From the NCBI RefSeq assembly GCF_026571515.1, contig NW_026864062.1, positions 1 to 64,000 of the forward strand: a stretch of DNA of 64,000 nucleotides, given 5' to 3'. A program made the position numbers and the translations under genes. This stretch comes from Ruditapes philippinarum. Lineage: Eukaryota. The notes beneath the pieces were generated by a model. The model had not been told where the DNA came from, searched no databases, and saw only the letters and a list, made by a program, of their open reading frames with translations. This document shows positions 12,901 to 30,881 of the stretch, piece by piece; the stretch's first letter is position 1; each line of letters begins with the position of its first letter.

Positions 12901-13955
12901 AAGGTCACTGTTTCTGAAAATAGATATCAGTTTCAGCTTACTTTGAGCTTATATCAGTAGGCAACTTGAGATTACTACCCAGATGTCTATGATCAAAGTC
13001 AAAGTCAATGTTGCTAAAAATAGAAACTCAGTTTCCGCTTAATAACTTGAGTTTGCTTAGACCTATTGATACCAAATTTAGTATGTGGGTAGCTTATATC
13101 AAGAGGCAACTTGGGATTGCTACCCAGGTGTCTGAACAAGGTCAAGGCCACTGTTGCTTTTAAAAAGAAATTCAGTTTTCATGTTTGCTTCACCAAATTT
13201 GCTGTGTGGCAGCTTTGGATTGCTGCTTTGGATATCAGGGAGCAAATTCAAGGTCATTTGCTTACAATACAATTTTCAGCTTCTACTCAATAACTTCAGT
13301 GCTTTTTGACCTATTGATTGCTGTCACATCAAAACTTGGTCGTTGAAAACCTAGTTTTTGTTGTATTACAGCGCTTCATGTGTTTCTATAAAGATTTTTG
13401 ACAGTTTATACGGCCCTATATAAATGGTTGTTTGCATATATAACCCAAGCTGCTAGGCAAGGACTATATTTTTATCAACTGTTTATTTAAGGTCATATAA
13501 CCTGTGAAGAATCTTTAAGATGAATTTACAGCAAACTTATTTTATTAGAGAAAAATGGAATTTCTTCATAAAGTGACAGCAACAGTATATAAAATTCTAT
13601 AAATGTCACGATTATTTAATGAAATGTGACATTACAAACATACAGTATTATAAAGATGTTAATGTAATGAATCTAATTTTCATATATAATTTAGATCCAG
13701 CAGAACGAGCACGAGAACTCCGTCATTGACATTCAGAACCAGCAACTGAAGGACTATCTGCAGACGGTACGATGTAAAATCATCGCCAGTCTTAACTGTG
13801 TCCGATTTCCTGCCGTCGAGGAAGTTTTCCGAGAGGAAAATTTTGATAACTGCCTGAGTATGATACATCATCTGTACGCATCTAGAGGCTCTACGGGAGA
13901 TTATTACTTACAGAATACAATAAAATTAGCTTTGTCGGACATTCCAGTGGCCTAG
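6964..13955 (+). CDS. MYT1: MYT1/MYT1L/ST18-family C2HC zinc-finger transcription factor, 3' part. Exons 6964-7305, 8898-9041, 9238-9300, 9636-9749, 11502-11662, 12129-12253, 13695-13955
   Basis: Four CPxPxCDGSGHxxGxY/FxSHRSxSGCP fingers in the order of the vertebrate C-terminal cluster, then a coiled coil and the family C-terminus ([29 protein letters not shown]). All junctions are GT-AG with consistent phases (2,2,2,2,1,0). Stop TAG 13953-13955. Likely co-orthologue of MYT1/MYT1L/ST18. Confidence 0.93.
10153..11340. mobile_element. Non-autonomous TIR element (hAT5-like), 1188 bp
   Basis: Perfect 12-bp TIR cagggctctagc / gctagagccctg; exact 5-bp flanking direct repeat GTGTA (10148-10152, 11341-11345); subterminal ggagaagt and ggcgaa repeats. 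Confidence 0.8.
12591..13385 (+). mobile_element. Degenerate HINE-like element with ~141-bp units in the last Myt1 intron
   Basis: subTIR aaccaggttttc (12596) and gaaaacctagtt (13345); repeated cctattgacaccaaacttgg and aagaggcagcttgggattgctacc. Confidence 0.65.
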
Positions 13956-15167
13956 AATATAATCATTACAATTAGAAATTATTAAATAACTTATTACATT
14001 TGGTTGTCACTAATTTTATAAGTCACAGTAGTTTAAGATTTCTGTTTAGGATTTATTTATTCGCTAAAAAGTCTAGAATGTTTTTCACTCACTTGGTAAC
14101 TGAAAGTGGCTTTCTGATAGATTTGGTCTGTTGCCACAAGAATGCCAGCTTTGTGAAAATGAACAGTAGAGGTAGTTAATTTATTTTTATAACAAGTGTA
14201 ATTCATGTACTTGTTAATGCTTTCTAAATGTGGTCAGGAACTGATGTTTTAATATGTTTATTTTTTTGAACTGCTGTGTTTTTTTAGTCAGATAACTGGC
14301 AGAATTGTTTTGGATTCATAAATGTTTAACCTGTTGTTTGTGTTATTGTTTGTGATGTTAGTCTACAAGTTTTATTTATATGTAAACCATTTATGTGGTG
14401 CTTTAGAAGGTAGGCTTGAATATAATAATGTTATTTATAACCATAGAGAATTGCTGGGAAAGTACAAATGTATAAAAATTGTGGTTTTTATTAACATAAG
14501 TTATTTAACAGGTGCTTTGATAACGAACATTGGGAGATCAAGATTTTTTTTGTTATTACATGTATATTATTATGAATATTTATTAACCCTTGTTTCACAA
14601 TGGTGCTTGAATTTGGTTAAGTTTCCATACTCACATGATATTGATGGCCAACCAAACATTATTATGTATTATTATAGCAACATTTTCAATTATTTTTTAA
14701 CCATGTTTAGAAGGGTAAGGGCAGATAACTTATGATGTTTCAATAAGTTTAATTGTCCATTTTGTGGAGTAGACCCCTAAAGACTGTTAGAAAGATTTCA
14801 AGATTTTGTTTTTCAATTAATTCACAATACTAGTAAATATGAGGTGAATAACAAATTACAAAAAGTTTATGAGGTTAATATAACTCACATCTTATAATAT
14901 TCTTTCTACATAGACAGGAGAAAGTACATTTATACAAAATGAAATAAATTATTTAAAAAAAAAATTACATATGTACAGGACTGCTATTTCACGGTTTTCA
15001 ATTAAATTGGTTGTAAATTTTATCATATAACTGACTATTTCATTAATTGATCTACTTTAAAATGGGTATCCTTCAAGGGTATCACATACACACTTGTCAA
15101 AATACAGAGTTTGCTATACACATATTCATCCTTGTGCAACTTTTATCATGTTGTCAAAAAAATGAAA

Positions 15168-15309
15168 AATGAGCCGCGTCACGACAAAACCAACATAAAG
15201 TGTTTGCAACCAGCATGGATCCTGATCAGACTGCGCGGATGCGGAGGCTGGTCTGGATCCATGCTGGTCGCAAACCCATTATGTTGATTTTGTCATGGCG
15301 CGACTCATT
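15168..15309. mobile_element. Fully palindromic ~140-bp MITE in the probable Myt1 3' UTR
   Basis: aatgagccgcgtcacgacaaaaccaacat..accagcatggatcc pairs with ggatccatgctggt..atgttgattttgtcatggcgcgactcatt. Confidence 0.75.
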
Positions 15310-17452
15310 AATGTTTATCATTGATGCCAAATTTCTTAAGAAAGGTTCTTCTTTTTGGATGCCAGAGGAAGCAACAATTTTAAAACACATTTGTATTGTT
15401 CTGTTATATTTTTCTTTATTGTTTATGATTAAATTCATGTTAATACATTTTGATGATATATAAATATAGAAAGAAGGGTTTTTTTAACATTTGATGATCA
15501 ATTATAGAAGGGTTCTTTTGAAGTTGTCAGAGTTTTATATGAACAAATATCCTGGACCGATCAAATGTCTCTACATAGAATATAATGTTAATTTATAAAG
15601 TGATATGTGAACCTGTCATACTGTGAATTCACTTAATGTCGTGGACATGAAATTTCGTGGTTTTGTCATAAACAACAGTTTTTCGTGGGTATTTGAATTT
15701 ATTTACAGTTTATTTTTCCAGAAGATAAAATGTAAATAATGTGATGTAAATTAATCATACAGCAGACAAAATAAAATTTCATTTGATCTTAAATTTGTGG
15801 ATTGACCTATCCACAAAAATTAGTTCCCCACAAATAATAATGATTTTGCAGTTTTGTCTGTCTCCATTTTACTTGTTATTTTTATTGAGGATGTTTTTTT
15901 AAATTTTTATAAACAAGATTTGCAGGTATTGTATTATTAAATTATTTAAATGGTCTATTTATAAAGTTACTGTTAATATTGTGCAATAGTTGTGGGGTTA
16001 GTGCTTTTTGTGTTATTTATACAGTTAGTTGTTTTTGTTGTCATTGTTTAATATATACAAGTGTTTGTAATATTTATTTATTTAAGTTGGTGTTTTAACA
16101 TGTGTATACTTTATTGTTGTTTTTTAACCAGGCCTTTTTACTGAACAAAAAAAAACTGGTTTTGATCATTTAAACATTATTGGCAGAAATTGTAGTTCTA
16201 CGACAGTTTACTGCATACAAAACAAAATATAAGTAATAATAATAACAGATGTGGGAGGTACCTGACCAAATCCCATTATTCTGGAACAAATAAAATTAAT
16301 CATCTGAAAGTGCTTTCAAGTTATATTTTAAAAAATGGGACCAATGGTATTGAATTTCCTGCAGGAATTTTTATCTTGACCATGTTTTAATTATCAAGTT
16401 CTCTCCTTATAAATGTTATTTTTGTCCATGTCTTATTTGTATGACTTTATGAAATAATTATTCCATGTTTTTTGTGTTTTTTTTTAAATATTATGTAAAA
16501 CCGGTACTAGTAAATTTGTTGGGAGAATGATGATCTGTTAAAATCTCAAGAGTGTAAAAACTTCATATGTTATATACATTAATCTTATCACAATGTCCGT
16601 TAAACTGTTTTAATTGATTCAGATTTACACTGTCCTGATATTCATTGAAATGTCTCATTTTAATTTAAATTATTTTTGTGTATATTTCTATACTTGTATG
16701 TGCAATGTTGTGTCGTGCAATATATCTGGTCATAAATTTTATACCAGGGATTATTTGGAAATAAATTTATCAAACTGTTCTCTGGTGTCAGTTTCCTTGT
16801 TTTTGTATCTTCCATTTTACTTAATTGGTTGTTTAAATAACACTTTCCCAGGATTTCAAATTTTGGAACTATTTAACCTTTACCCTGCAGACAGCAACTA
16901 ACTATCCATGCAACCAGTGCATACCAAGAACAGCTGACATATCTTATCTTGGCTGATCATGGTATTTATTAATAGTTTGCTTTTCAGTCAGTATACTCGT
17001 ATTTTGAAATTTTCCCTAAAAATTATTAATGGTTTTGTCCAGTTTGTATGATGGATAACTTGTATGATAGATAAGCCCATTTAAAGTGGTAAGGTTTAAG
17101 ATATGACTTTCACATCACATGCTTCACAGTTTTACTAACACAATTATTGTATTTTCTTTAACATTTCTTTTCCTTCTTGAATGCTGTTTTGACAACAAAA
17201 CTAAGAAGACTAAATATGTATACAATTAAAATTCTCTGCTATAGAATATCAACAGCTTAAAGAAGTTGTGAAACATATTACAATGGTTCTTTAATATGTA
17301 GACATGAAAATTGTTAAGTCCAAAGACATCAACATGGCAGGCTACAATGTATGTCGTGGAATATGGGTTAATTTATCATTGAAGATCAAGGAACTACATT
17401 GGTGAGATCAGAACTTTAAAACAAGTTATTATTTACTTTCACGTACCAAATT

Positions 17453-18614
17453 AAACAAGGATGGACAGCTAAATCCCCTTCCGCAGTGAACATGTGTGTA
17501 CTTCTTGACCTTTTACCAACCATGACCTTGATGTGTCATGCATATCATAAGCACATAGTCTCACGATGGTGATTATTTGTGCCAAGTTATTTAAGATCTT
17601 CCATAAAGACAAAAAGTTATGGAGAACATATAACCTTGACCTTGGGTGTAGCAACCTGGATGTTGAGCTCTGCAGATTGTGTCATGGTGGGGATCATTTG
17701 TGCCAAGTAATTTTAAAACCTTTGAATTGTCAATAAGTTATAGAGCTGACATGAAAAATAGATGTTTTTACATTGGACCTTTGAGTGTGACCCTGACCTT
17801 TAGGGTTGTGACTTGATTATGCTCTGCCAGTGGTGTCATAATGGTGACCATTTCTGCCAAGTTATTTTAAAACATTGCAGTAGTTTAAATGTAATGGACA
17901 GACACGAAATGTTGTCTTTCTAACTTTTGACCTGTGTGACCTTGACCTTGGGGATAGCAATTCAATTATTGCGCTCTGCACGTCTCATAATGGTGATCAA
18001 GTTATTTTAAAAAAATTCAGCGGTTAAAATGTTATGGAGTGGAGACGAAATGTAGACTTTTTTAACATTAGACCTTAAAGTGTGACCTTGACCTTTTGGG
18101 TAGCAACCCAATTATTGTGATCTGCACGTTGTTTCATAATTGTGATCAGTTGTGCCCAGTTATTTTGAAAAATTTTCAGCGGTTTAAAAGTTATGGAGCG
18201 GACACAAAATGTACACTTTTTATTTTAAATGAAGACTTTTTAACATTTGACCTTTAAGTGTGACCTTGACATTGGGAATAAACACCCAATTTTTGTGCTC
18301 TGCACATCGTCTCATTATGGTGATTACTTGTGCCAAGTTATTTCAAAAATTTTCTGCGGGTAAAAAGTTGTGGAGAGGACACAAAATGTAGACTTTATTA
18401 TGAAATTAAGACTTTTTAACATTTGACATTTATGTGTGACCTTGACCTTGGGGGTAGGTCGTATTATGGTGATCACTTGTACAAAGTTTTTTCAAAAAAA
18501 ATTCAGTGGTTTGAAAGTTATGGAACAGACACGAAAGTGTAACAGACGGAAGGACAGACAGACTGAAGTCATTCCTATAATCCCCTTTCCGCTATGCAGT
18601 AGGGGATTAACAAA
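17453..18614 (-). mobile_element. HINE-like element with ~145-180-bp (tgaccttgacctt) units, between the Myt1 and PCMTD 3' ends
   Basis: On the - strand: 5' hairpin aatcccct..aggggatt, (GTCT/GTCC) microsatellite (gacggaaggacagacagac on +), tandem units, 3' subTIR (aatccccttccgc on + at ~17472) and cttgTTT end. Confidence 0.75.
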
Positions 18615-18817
18615 CTAGTATAAGGAACCTAGGTGTTGTCCTGTCCTTGATAATATCGCATGAAAGGTATATCAAAATTATTATTGTTCAGTATTCAAAC
18701 TAACAATGCTATAACATGTTATCAGAAACCAAGGGGCATGTGTTAGGTAATAATTATCAAAGCGGTTTAAACACAATAATAAAGAAAAAGGCTAGAACAC
18801 AGATTTGTAGAACCAAG

Positions 18818-18823
18818 TTTATT
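18818..18823 (-). terminator. Candidate distal polyadenylation signal of PCMTD (implies a ~3.6-kb 3' UTR)
   Basis: TTTATT on + (AATAAA on -) with a U/GU-rich tract downstream on the - strand; the A-rich + strand skew continues from the stop codon to here. Confidence 0.35.
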
Positions 18824-21800
18824 AAGCAAAACAAAGTGATAGAACAGGCTAACGGTTGAATCATGAACATTATTTACATGTTATAGAAGAGGAAATTTCT
18901 AAAATATTTATAATTCCAAATTTACACTGCTTCAAACCTTTGTATCAAAATGTTCTTGTCGACATTCTCAAATTTTCCTCAACATCATTTGTTGTTTTTC
19001 AATTGGCACGCAAATACTTGTTCTGCTGATATGTTGACAACTTGACATTAAAAACATCAATATTCCTGTTTCTTTTTTTATTATGATAGATCTAGAGAAA
19101 ACGTGAAAATAAATAAAGGATTTTACATACAGGAGACAAGGCTTTCCTGTAAGCTTTGCACATCTGTACCAGTTCCCTTTATTACAAAGCATAGCTAGAG
19201 ACATTTAAATCCGGAAGATATAACAAAACCTACAAAATGAATGTTACAATTAAATCCAACTGCTCAAACATAAATGCAAATAATATATGACCTATTCAAA
19301 ACCTGTGCTATTCTGCCGTCACAAAAAATACCAAATAAAAAACAAAGCGAGAATGATCTTGAAGTAAGGATTAAACAAAAACTAAAACAAATATCTGAAA
19401 GACTCAAAAAACCTCTTTATCAACTGATTGGAAGAAAAAAATTTTAAAAAGCTGTAAAATTGTAACTTATATCCTTAAAAGAAACTGAAGTGGAAAAGAA
19501 AATGAAATACATGTATTATGATGCTCTTTAACAAATCATAAGTAAACTATGAAATGTTTTGACATTGAAATAATTTACATTTAAAATTTTTTTTTTTGGA
19601 AAATGCTTCATTTGCAATATTTTACCTTCCCTCGATGAATATGCATAATGAACAAACCCCTCTTTTAAATCTTAACTACTGAATGATAAAGTTTCAGAGA
19701 AGTCTGTTTCACAATTGAGCACCCAACAGGAGGAGTCCAGCCAGACTGCAAAAAGTGTACGCTGGCCCGACCCTATCCTGGCAGCAAAGATGTGTTGATA
19801 TTGCCTACAACATTTCATACAAAGGATTAAACCATGCCTACATAATTTTTCCTATTTAACTTATCTAAATATTGATTTATAACACAAAAGTGTATTATTT
19901 GGCCATAATTTAAGTACATGTACATATATTGACAATAACTGCCTGAAACAATTACAGAATACAGTTGATTGGTCCAGTATCATCTAAGTTCAATGGCAAA
20001 AACAACTTGCCACATACAGTGTAGAAATTTACATAGATTTCATGTTCCAAAACATTCAATATCAATAAACTACATTTATGTACAGACTCTTTTATGACAA
20101 ATTAACAATGAACTTATAATACATGCAACAAAATCTTCATATATAAATCAAACAGTGATCCTTCAAAATTTCTTCTACAAACTTTTCAAACTTCCATTCC
20201 TGAACTGTCTATTATCAGTTTCGGGGATATAAAGACGAAAAAAAATTTGCAGCCAAAACTACGGAGCCTGGTCAAGTCGCATTGATGTGTAAACTGAGTT
20301 GACTCTAAACTGGCTGAAACAGGTGCTTTCCTCAAAACTGGCTGAAACAGGTGCTTTCCTACTGTCTGTTCCAGTAAGTTCTATGGGTTATATCACAAAT
20401 CTTAACTATCTCAATTATAATAATCAATTGCACATGTGAATTACATAATATAATAATATATAAATCATGAAATAATAAACATTTATCACAGATTATCGCA
20501 TCCCTCTCAATACATTATCTTAACATCATACATAAATGCAGAAAATTTATCAAAATCCAAAAAAGCAACTGGATTGGTGGAACATTCCAATTTCCAAAGT
20601 CGACCTTAATCTAACACTTGATGATTGCATCAAAAAGCATTTTGTCATTAACATATGTGTTATTCATAATATGCAACCATTCATTGTTAATAAAGCATAG
20701 AAGTTGTATAATGTGACCTAGGGTTGTCAAACCAAGGCAAATGTAGGCTAAAATAACTGGCACAATCACATTTTTGGCAACTTCAAAACTTTGAAAACAC
20801 TCTGTTGTAGAAAACACTCTGTTGTGAAATGAAAAAAAAAATATAACCGTCTCAAATTCAAAATCGACAGCCTCAGAACAAATAATTAATGACAACACTG
20901 CATGACGTAGTAAGACTAGCTTTACTGTATTCTAATGAATTCTAATGACAAAGGTAATTGTCACCAACAGTGCTCTAAAAATATACAAGAATACTACATA
21001 ATAATTTTGAGTGAACAAATAATGGACAAGTCCTTTTTATCAACCAATTTTGAATTATTACTGCAAATAGGAAAGAATGAAAGGAAAGCATGTAAGATTG
21101 TGTCTAACACTTAAAATGAATGGAATAAAAACAAGCTCTATGATTTTCCCCACATTACCAGATTTTTTGTGCTACTATGAAACAAGTTCTTGAGATTTTA
21201 ATGTATGTATTTTTTGGTAAACAATTATTCAGAATCCAATTCCAAACCACCGAAAAGAGTATGGTACTCAATCATTCAATGAATATTGGACAATACACCC
21301 ACATAAAATAGTCAGTCAATTCATATGTCAGTATGTGTGTATAGTATACATATATTAAGCCATACGGAAGAAATATATAATAATATTAGCTAATCCAAAT
21401 TGAACGATGACTTAACATACATGTAAAGATATTGTTACATGAAATGTTTTATTATTCCAGGCGTATGCACAGCTTTGATCAACTACATGTACCAAACAGC
21501 AAAATTAGTGCTGTAATACCAATATATTATCTACACTGCATTAATAATAGATAATATAATATGAACACAATGAATTTGTACAAAATATACACATTTTCGG
21601 AGCACTAAGTCAGCACTAAATGTAACAAATAAGAGAAAAAAATTACATTGTTATAATCATCAACAAATAACATTTAATTGAAAGGGTTAATAAAACCAGA
21701 GTTAGTAAATCAGTCTATTAATGCCACTATCTTATTGGTCAATTTCAAAAATACGGAAAGAAATAGCCAATCAGATGCCAGATTAAAGTAAGACTGCTCT

Positions 21801-22386
21801 ACCAACTTTAGTTAAACATTTATGGCCCAAAGTGAAAAAACAATAATTATATCACAATTTGTCGAAGATGCATTATAATTGCCTTCATTATAAGTATTAA
21901 TTTACTCAACAGGGGAGATCCATACCGAGTAAAACAGTATTTCTTGCCTTCATTTAGATATGATTAATCTTAAGTTAATACGAAAATTTTAATTTTCATT
22001 ATTTCTTGCTTTCATTTAGATTTGATTAATCAAAAAGAATATTAAAATTATCATTTTCAACTTAATTATCACTCAAAGCATATCTCAAACAATATTTGAT
22101 CAAAACAAAATCATACAATGTACAAGAGAACATGCATGTACATTAAGATGTAGAAATATTTCATCTTATCCTTACTTTTCAACAAGAATTTATAAAATTA
22201 AGTTTAACTGTCAGACTAGATTATAAATTCAACGGTCATCTATTATCCATGCATTAAAGGTAAAAACCTCCTTTACTGGAGAAAATTCAAGGTAAGTTAA
22301 TATTCTGTGAAATTAGCAATTATACTGTTTTAAACATCAAATTTATCAAGTAAGTCATTCACCATACGGCCATGCATCTCTCTATC

Positions 22387-26738
<4,352 letters not shown>

Positions 26739-27039
26739 TCAAGGTTTAATCGTAAGAAAGATTTTTTAAAAATAAATCTTTACATTTCTGGAAAGATTGA
26801 ATTAATAGGTTAATCATACAGAAGAGACATGCATGTATGGTACAGTAATAATCAGCCCAGCCCAAGGTCAATCCAGCCTCAATTTAACCCAACCCCATAT
26901 AATTGTTTATTATGTATATCAAGGGAAAACCCGTGACCCCCAACCCCCTGTAGTAACAGAAAGAACTATTTCTTCAAAAGGGTGAGCTCTGCCTTAGTAT
27001 GCCTTTTTAAGTTTTACCAGTTATACAGTTAGAGAGGAA

Positions 27040-27765
27040 ACAGGGCACTTCACCCCCCACATTTTGAAGACTCTTCACCCCCCAAAATCAGTAAGACACT
27101 TCATCCCTCATCCAATATAAAGTTAATAATTCAACAACAAATAAAGTTTTTGTATTTTTATTCTAATATTTCTTTAATAACTTTTCATTATGTAATTCAT
27201 ATTTTTGCAGTCAACATAAACTTTTATAATTAATACATAACATGAAGTACAGTATGAGTTTACAAACACTTAGATATTGTAAATCTATGTATCAGCTTCA
27301 GAAGTTGGCATACCAATATTGCTGATTAAATGACAATAAAACACTTTAATCAATAGATATATAAATTGCTAAGTTATTTCTTTCATAGTATACAGTTTAT
27401 AATTTTTATACCTTTAAACCCTGCTAAGTTACAGTCTTTAAGGACATTCTCACTTTTGATTCATGAACTTACTTCTTTACAAAATATAACCTATACAAAT
27501 TAAGTTTAAAGCTAAATAAGGAATTGATTGCGCTGCCTGTTGTATTATACAAAATACTTTCATCCATTATGTGTTTATTGCATGTCACCTTGTTTATTCA
27601 ACATGTTGATTGGTTGTTTGGTTTATTCAACACTTATCACATAATTGAATAGTTAATTGGATTAAAGTGGTATTTCTGTAAACTATGATATAAATGAAAA
27701 AGCTTGATTGAATGTCTGCAAAAATGGCCTAGGGTGAAGTGTCTGAGGGGTGAACTGTCTGCAAA
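27040..27765. mobile_element. Degenerate TIR element in the PCMTD 5' intron
   Basis: Three cttca(c/t)ccc motifs at the left end (27046-27108) are inverted relative to two gggtgaa(g/c)tgtct motifs at the right end (27731-27760); exact ends and TSD not resolved. Confidence 0.4.
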
Positions 27766-28469
27766 TTATTAGAGATATATTGGATGATGTTTCAAGCCAA
27801 ATATCTCAGACTAAGCGCTTGGTGTATCAGATAGGAAGATTTAACTGTCTGATAACTTTAAGTTTTAAACATTAAGATATATAAGGAAAACCAATGTCCC
27901 CCTAGGGTAGGGCCAATATGTAGACCAGCAAACTGAACATGCATTCATTTGAACATAGTGCCACCTGATATTGTACTATGCATTGGGGTGATGTGCTTTA
28001 TTGTGTAAAGGCCATAACTCCCTCTGACCCTACAAATCTAAGTTTGGCATGTCATTTAGTTATGTAAAATTGTGTCATGGACATGGGTATATTTTTATTT
28101 GATTTAAATGGTTCTGCAGAATATGATTGTTATTTTGTCACTTCAAGCTGAAAAGAAGGAAATTCATGCAAATAAAAACTAATAGATGACAAAAAATGAT
28201 GAAAATCCACATCACATTATAAAGTTCCAGATCTAGGACATTTGCTTAAAAATCAGCTGGTTACAAGTCTGTGCCTCCCAAACATGAACCGATTGTTATA
28301 CATTATATTTCAAGTAGTGGCTCAATCTACAAGATCGGTTTTCACTATCAATGAATAAAGTCATATATTACCAACAAAAACCCTTATCGGTTTAATACTG
28401 TCGCATGTGTCCCTTATGTCCGTCACACAAAATAAATGTCAGACCTAACCAAAACAAAAACAAATGAGG

Positions 28470-28880
28470 TCATGACGTCATAATGCTGTTCAACATAAAA
28501 CTTGTATAAAATACCTTGACAGGTAAATAGTTTATGGTTAATTTCACAGTAAACAGAAGTATGAATTATCGCAGAAATATTTGTAGCTCTTAAGCTGAGC
28601 CATTCATGCATTTGTTTCCCTGCAAAAATTTTCTAACCTTTTTCTGTATCTCGGACCATCCAATAACTATCAAAGCTGTGCCGAATAAACCGGAAATCGC
28701 CAAACGAGCTTCCGCTATTCCCAATTACTCCCTACAATGCAAATGGCGCAAGGGACGAAATTATAATGTGAATTTTCCGTAATAAATGTATAGTAAAAAA
28801 GTTTGAGGTGTTTTTAAATTTTGTGAAAGCTAAAACTTACTGTGTTTTAAAACATTACTATAGTTTTTACTCTATTGGTA
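28470..28880. promoter_or_regulatory. Probable bidirectional promoter shared by PCMTD (-) and L3MBTL (+), with putative non-coding first exons
   Basis: Local CpG enrichment. CRE palindrome ATGACGTCAT 28472-28481; opposed ETS cores CCGGAAAT 28690-28697 and CTTCCGC 28709-28715; ZNF143/SBS-like CTCCCTACAATGCA 28728-28741; YY1-like AAATGGCG 28741-28748. Outward-facing donors: caag|gtatt (- strand, GT at 28514-28513) and ttg|gtaaga (+ strand, GT at 28878). The A/T strand skew flips here. Confidence 0.65.
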
Positions 28881-30881
28881 AGAAATCTTCTTGTTAATTT
28901 TACAAAATTTAACCTGATTTCGGTTAAGAGGTTGCAGTTTTCGTTTTCATTTCAATTAAATTGGAACTTTGCTGCGATTAATTCAGCATATATATCGTTA
29001 ATGTTTTCATGGCACTAAAATAATTTCTTAATGTTTTATAAAGAAATTGTTACAACATTTTACTTTTTTTGAGTGGGTGATTGCAGTTGGGATATGATTT
29101 AACCATCTAAAATAGTTTGTTGATCACGTCCGTTGAAATTGGAAACGAGGCTACAGGACACGGCATATTTTTAAGTGCGCTTATTTACTGTTAACGCTTT
29201 ATTTAACTTGAGTTAGTCTCTAATACTCAGCAAAATTTTAGAAAAATATCGTTTGAAGTAGTTTAGGGTAATTTTATTTTGAATAATCTTGTAATTGTTT
29301 CATAATCTTGATTTGGAAATTATGCTTAAACAAACGGATGCGTCGCCATTTTGATGCGGTCACGGGCATTGAGCACGATTTACAAGGAACAATTTGCAAA
29401 TTATTGCAGACTTTAAAAAAATGTCATGCAAAATTGCTTTGAAATTATTCATTTCAAAATAATTTCGAAATCATTGATGATTTGCAATTGATTATTTATT
29501 TATGCAAAAATCATTTTCAGCAGAATTGAATAAAGGGGTTCTCTAAAGGGGAAATATTTACAAAATAATTGAGTCATCCAAAGGGTGCAAACTATTTGGG
29601 GTTTCCAATCTTAATAAAGTCATATTTTATATATACATTTTCTCCAAAAAAAGACAATTATAATAACATGATATGTACTGAGATTGAGTTAATTTTATAT
29701 ATTTATAAACTTGGAGGGTTAGTTATAACACTAAATAATTATTTAATACATGTATTATAAGTAAGTTATAATATTCTATTTTTCAAATGATTTATTTTAT
29801 TATATGTGATGACTTTTTTCAAGGTATGATACAGCTTTTTTTAAATAATTTTTTTTACAAATATAATTACTAAGTTATGAAAGAAAGGAAAACGCCTAAA
29901 TATTTATAAGCTTTTTTATGCAAAACAAATATTTGAAGTATATCCATAATAATTATGAGTTTAATTAAAATTGTCTTCAAGATTGTGTTTTTTTCCCAAT
30001 AAGTATATTGAATTAAACTTGAGAAAAAAAATTACTGAAAGGTATGTGTAGGAGACTCCCATTATAACCTGCTTGCCATGGGACTTAATTAAACTTTAAG
30101 TTATTTAATAATAATTTACTACTCTAGTGTTGAACTTGAGATCACTTCCTTTACATAACCACTTTTATGTTGATGGTTTCAAGCTTTTAAGTTTCTGTTA
30201 GGAACATTATTCTTCTTCTCACCAATTTCCATGGTGCTTTCCAAAAATTTCATGTTATACAGAGGCACAGATCCACCTGGGGGGTGGGGGGACGTAAAGG
30301 TTCAACCCTGGCCTGTTAATTTTTTATTTCTTTAAAAGAAGGTACAAAATAAGTCAGATATCATTCAAAACTGTCCTATTACTAAATCATTGTTTATCGG
30401 ACCCCTGCTGAGCTTCCTGTCCTAAATTATTTCTGCCTTATTTACTTTTGAATTCTTTTATTTATATAAAAAACAGAACCATAAAATTAATGATGTATAA
30501 TTTATCTAGTAAGTATTTTTAAATCTTCTCTTTTTTAATATTATGCATCATTGGGGTGTAGAAATATGAATTTTGAATTGTGTTTGTGAAAACACTTCAG
30601 AAACCTGCATTTTATTTTTAGATTTTTTTAATTGATCAACTAGAAGCTTACTAAAATTTTGTGAAAATTATGTGGACACTTGTCTTAAAATTTCACCTAA
30701 AATGCACCAGAAGCCACCATTTAACAAGTAGCTTACATATTTTCCCAAAAAGGCCCAAACAGAAACATAATTAGAAATCTATGAGAGAATATAGCCATGT
30801 GTTTTAGGAGCTGTCTCGTAATTCTAAAGAGTCACATTATATTTGTCTTTGAAACAGTAAATACTAATCAAGTTGGAAAGA

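Noticed and set aside
14322-14735. 137-aa hydrophobic ORF after the Myt1 stop
   Set aside because: Its composition reflects T-rich UTR sequence; no domain or splice support.
20307-20360. Short tandem duplications (28 bp here; 27 bp at ~24695; others at ~21939/22000 and ~63592/63727)
   Set aside because: Ordinary slippage-type duplications with no sign of function.
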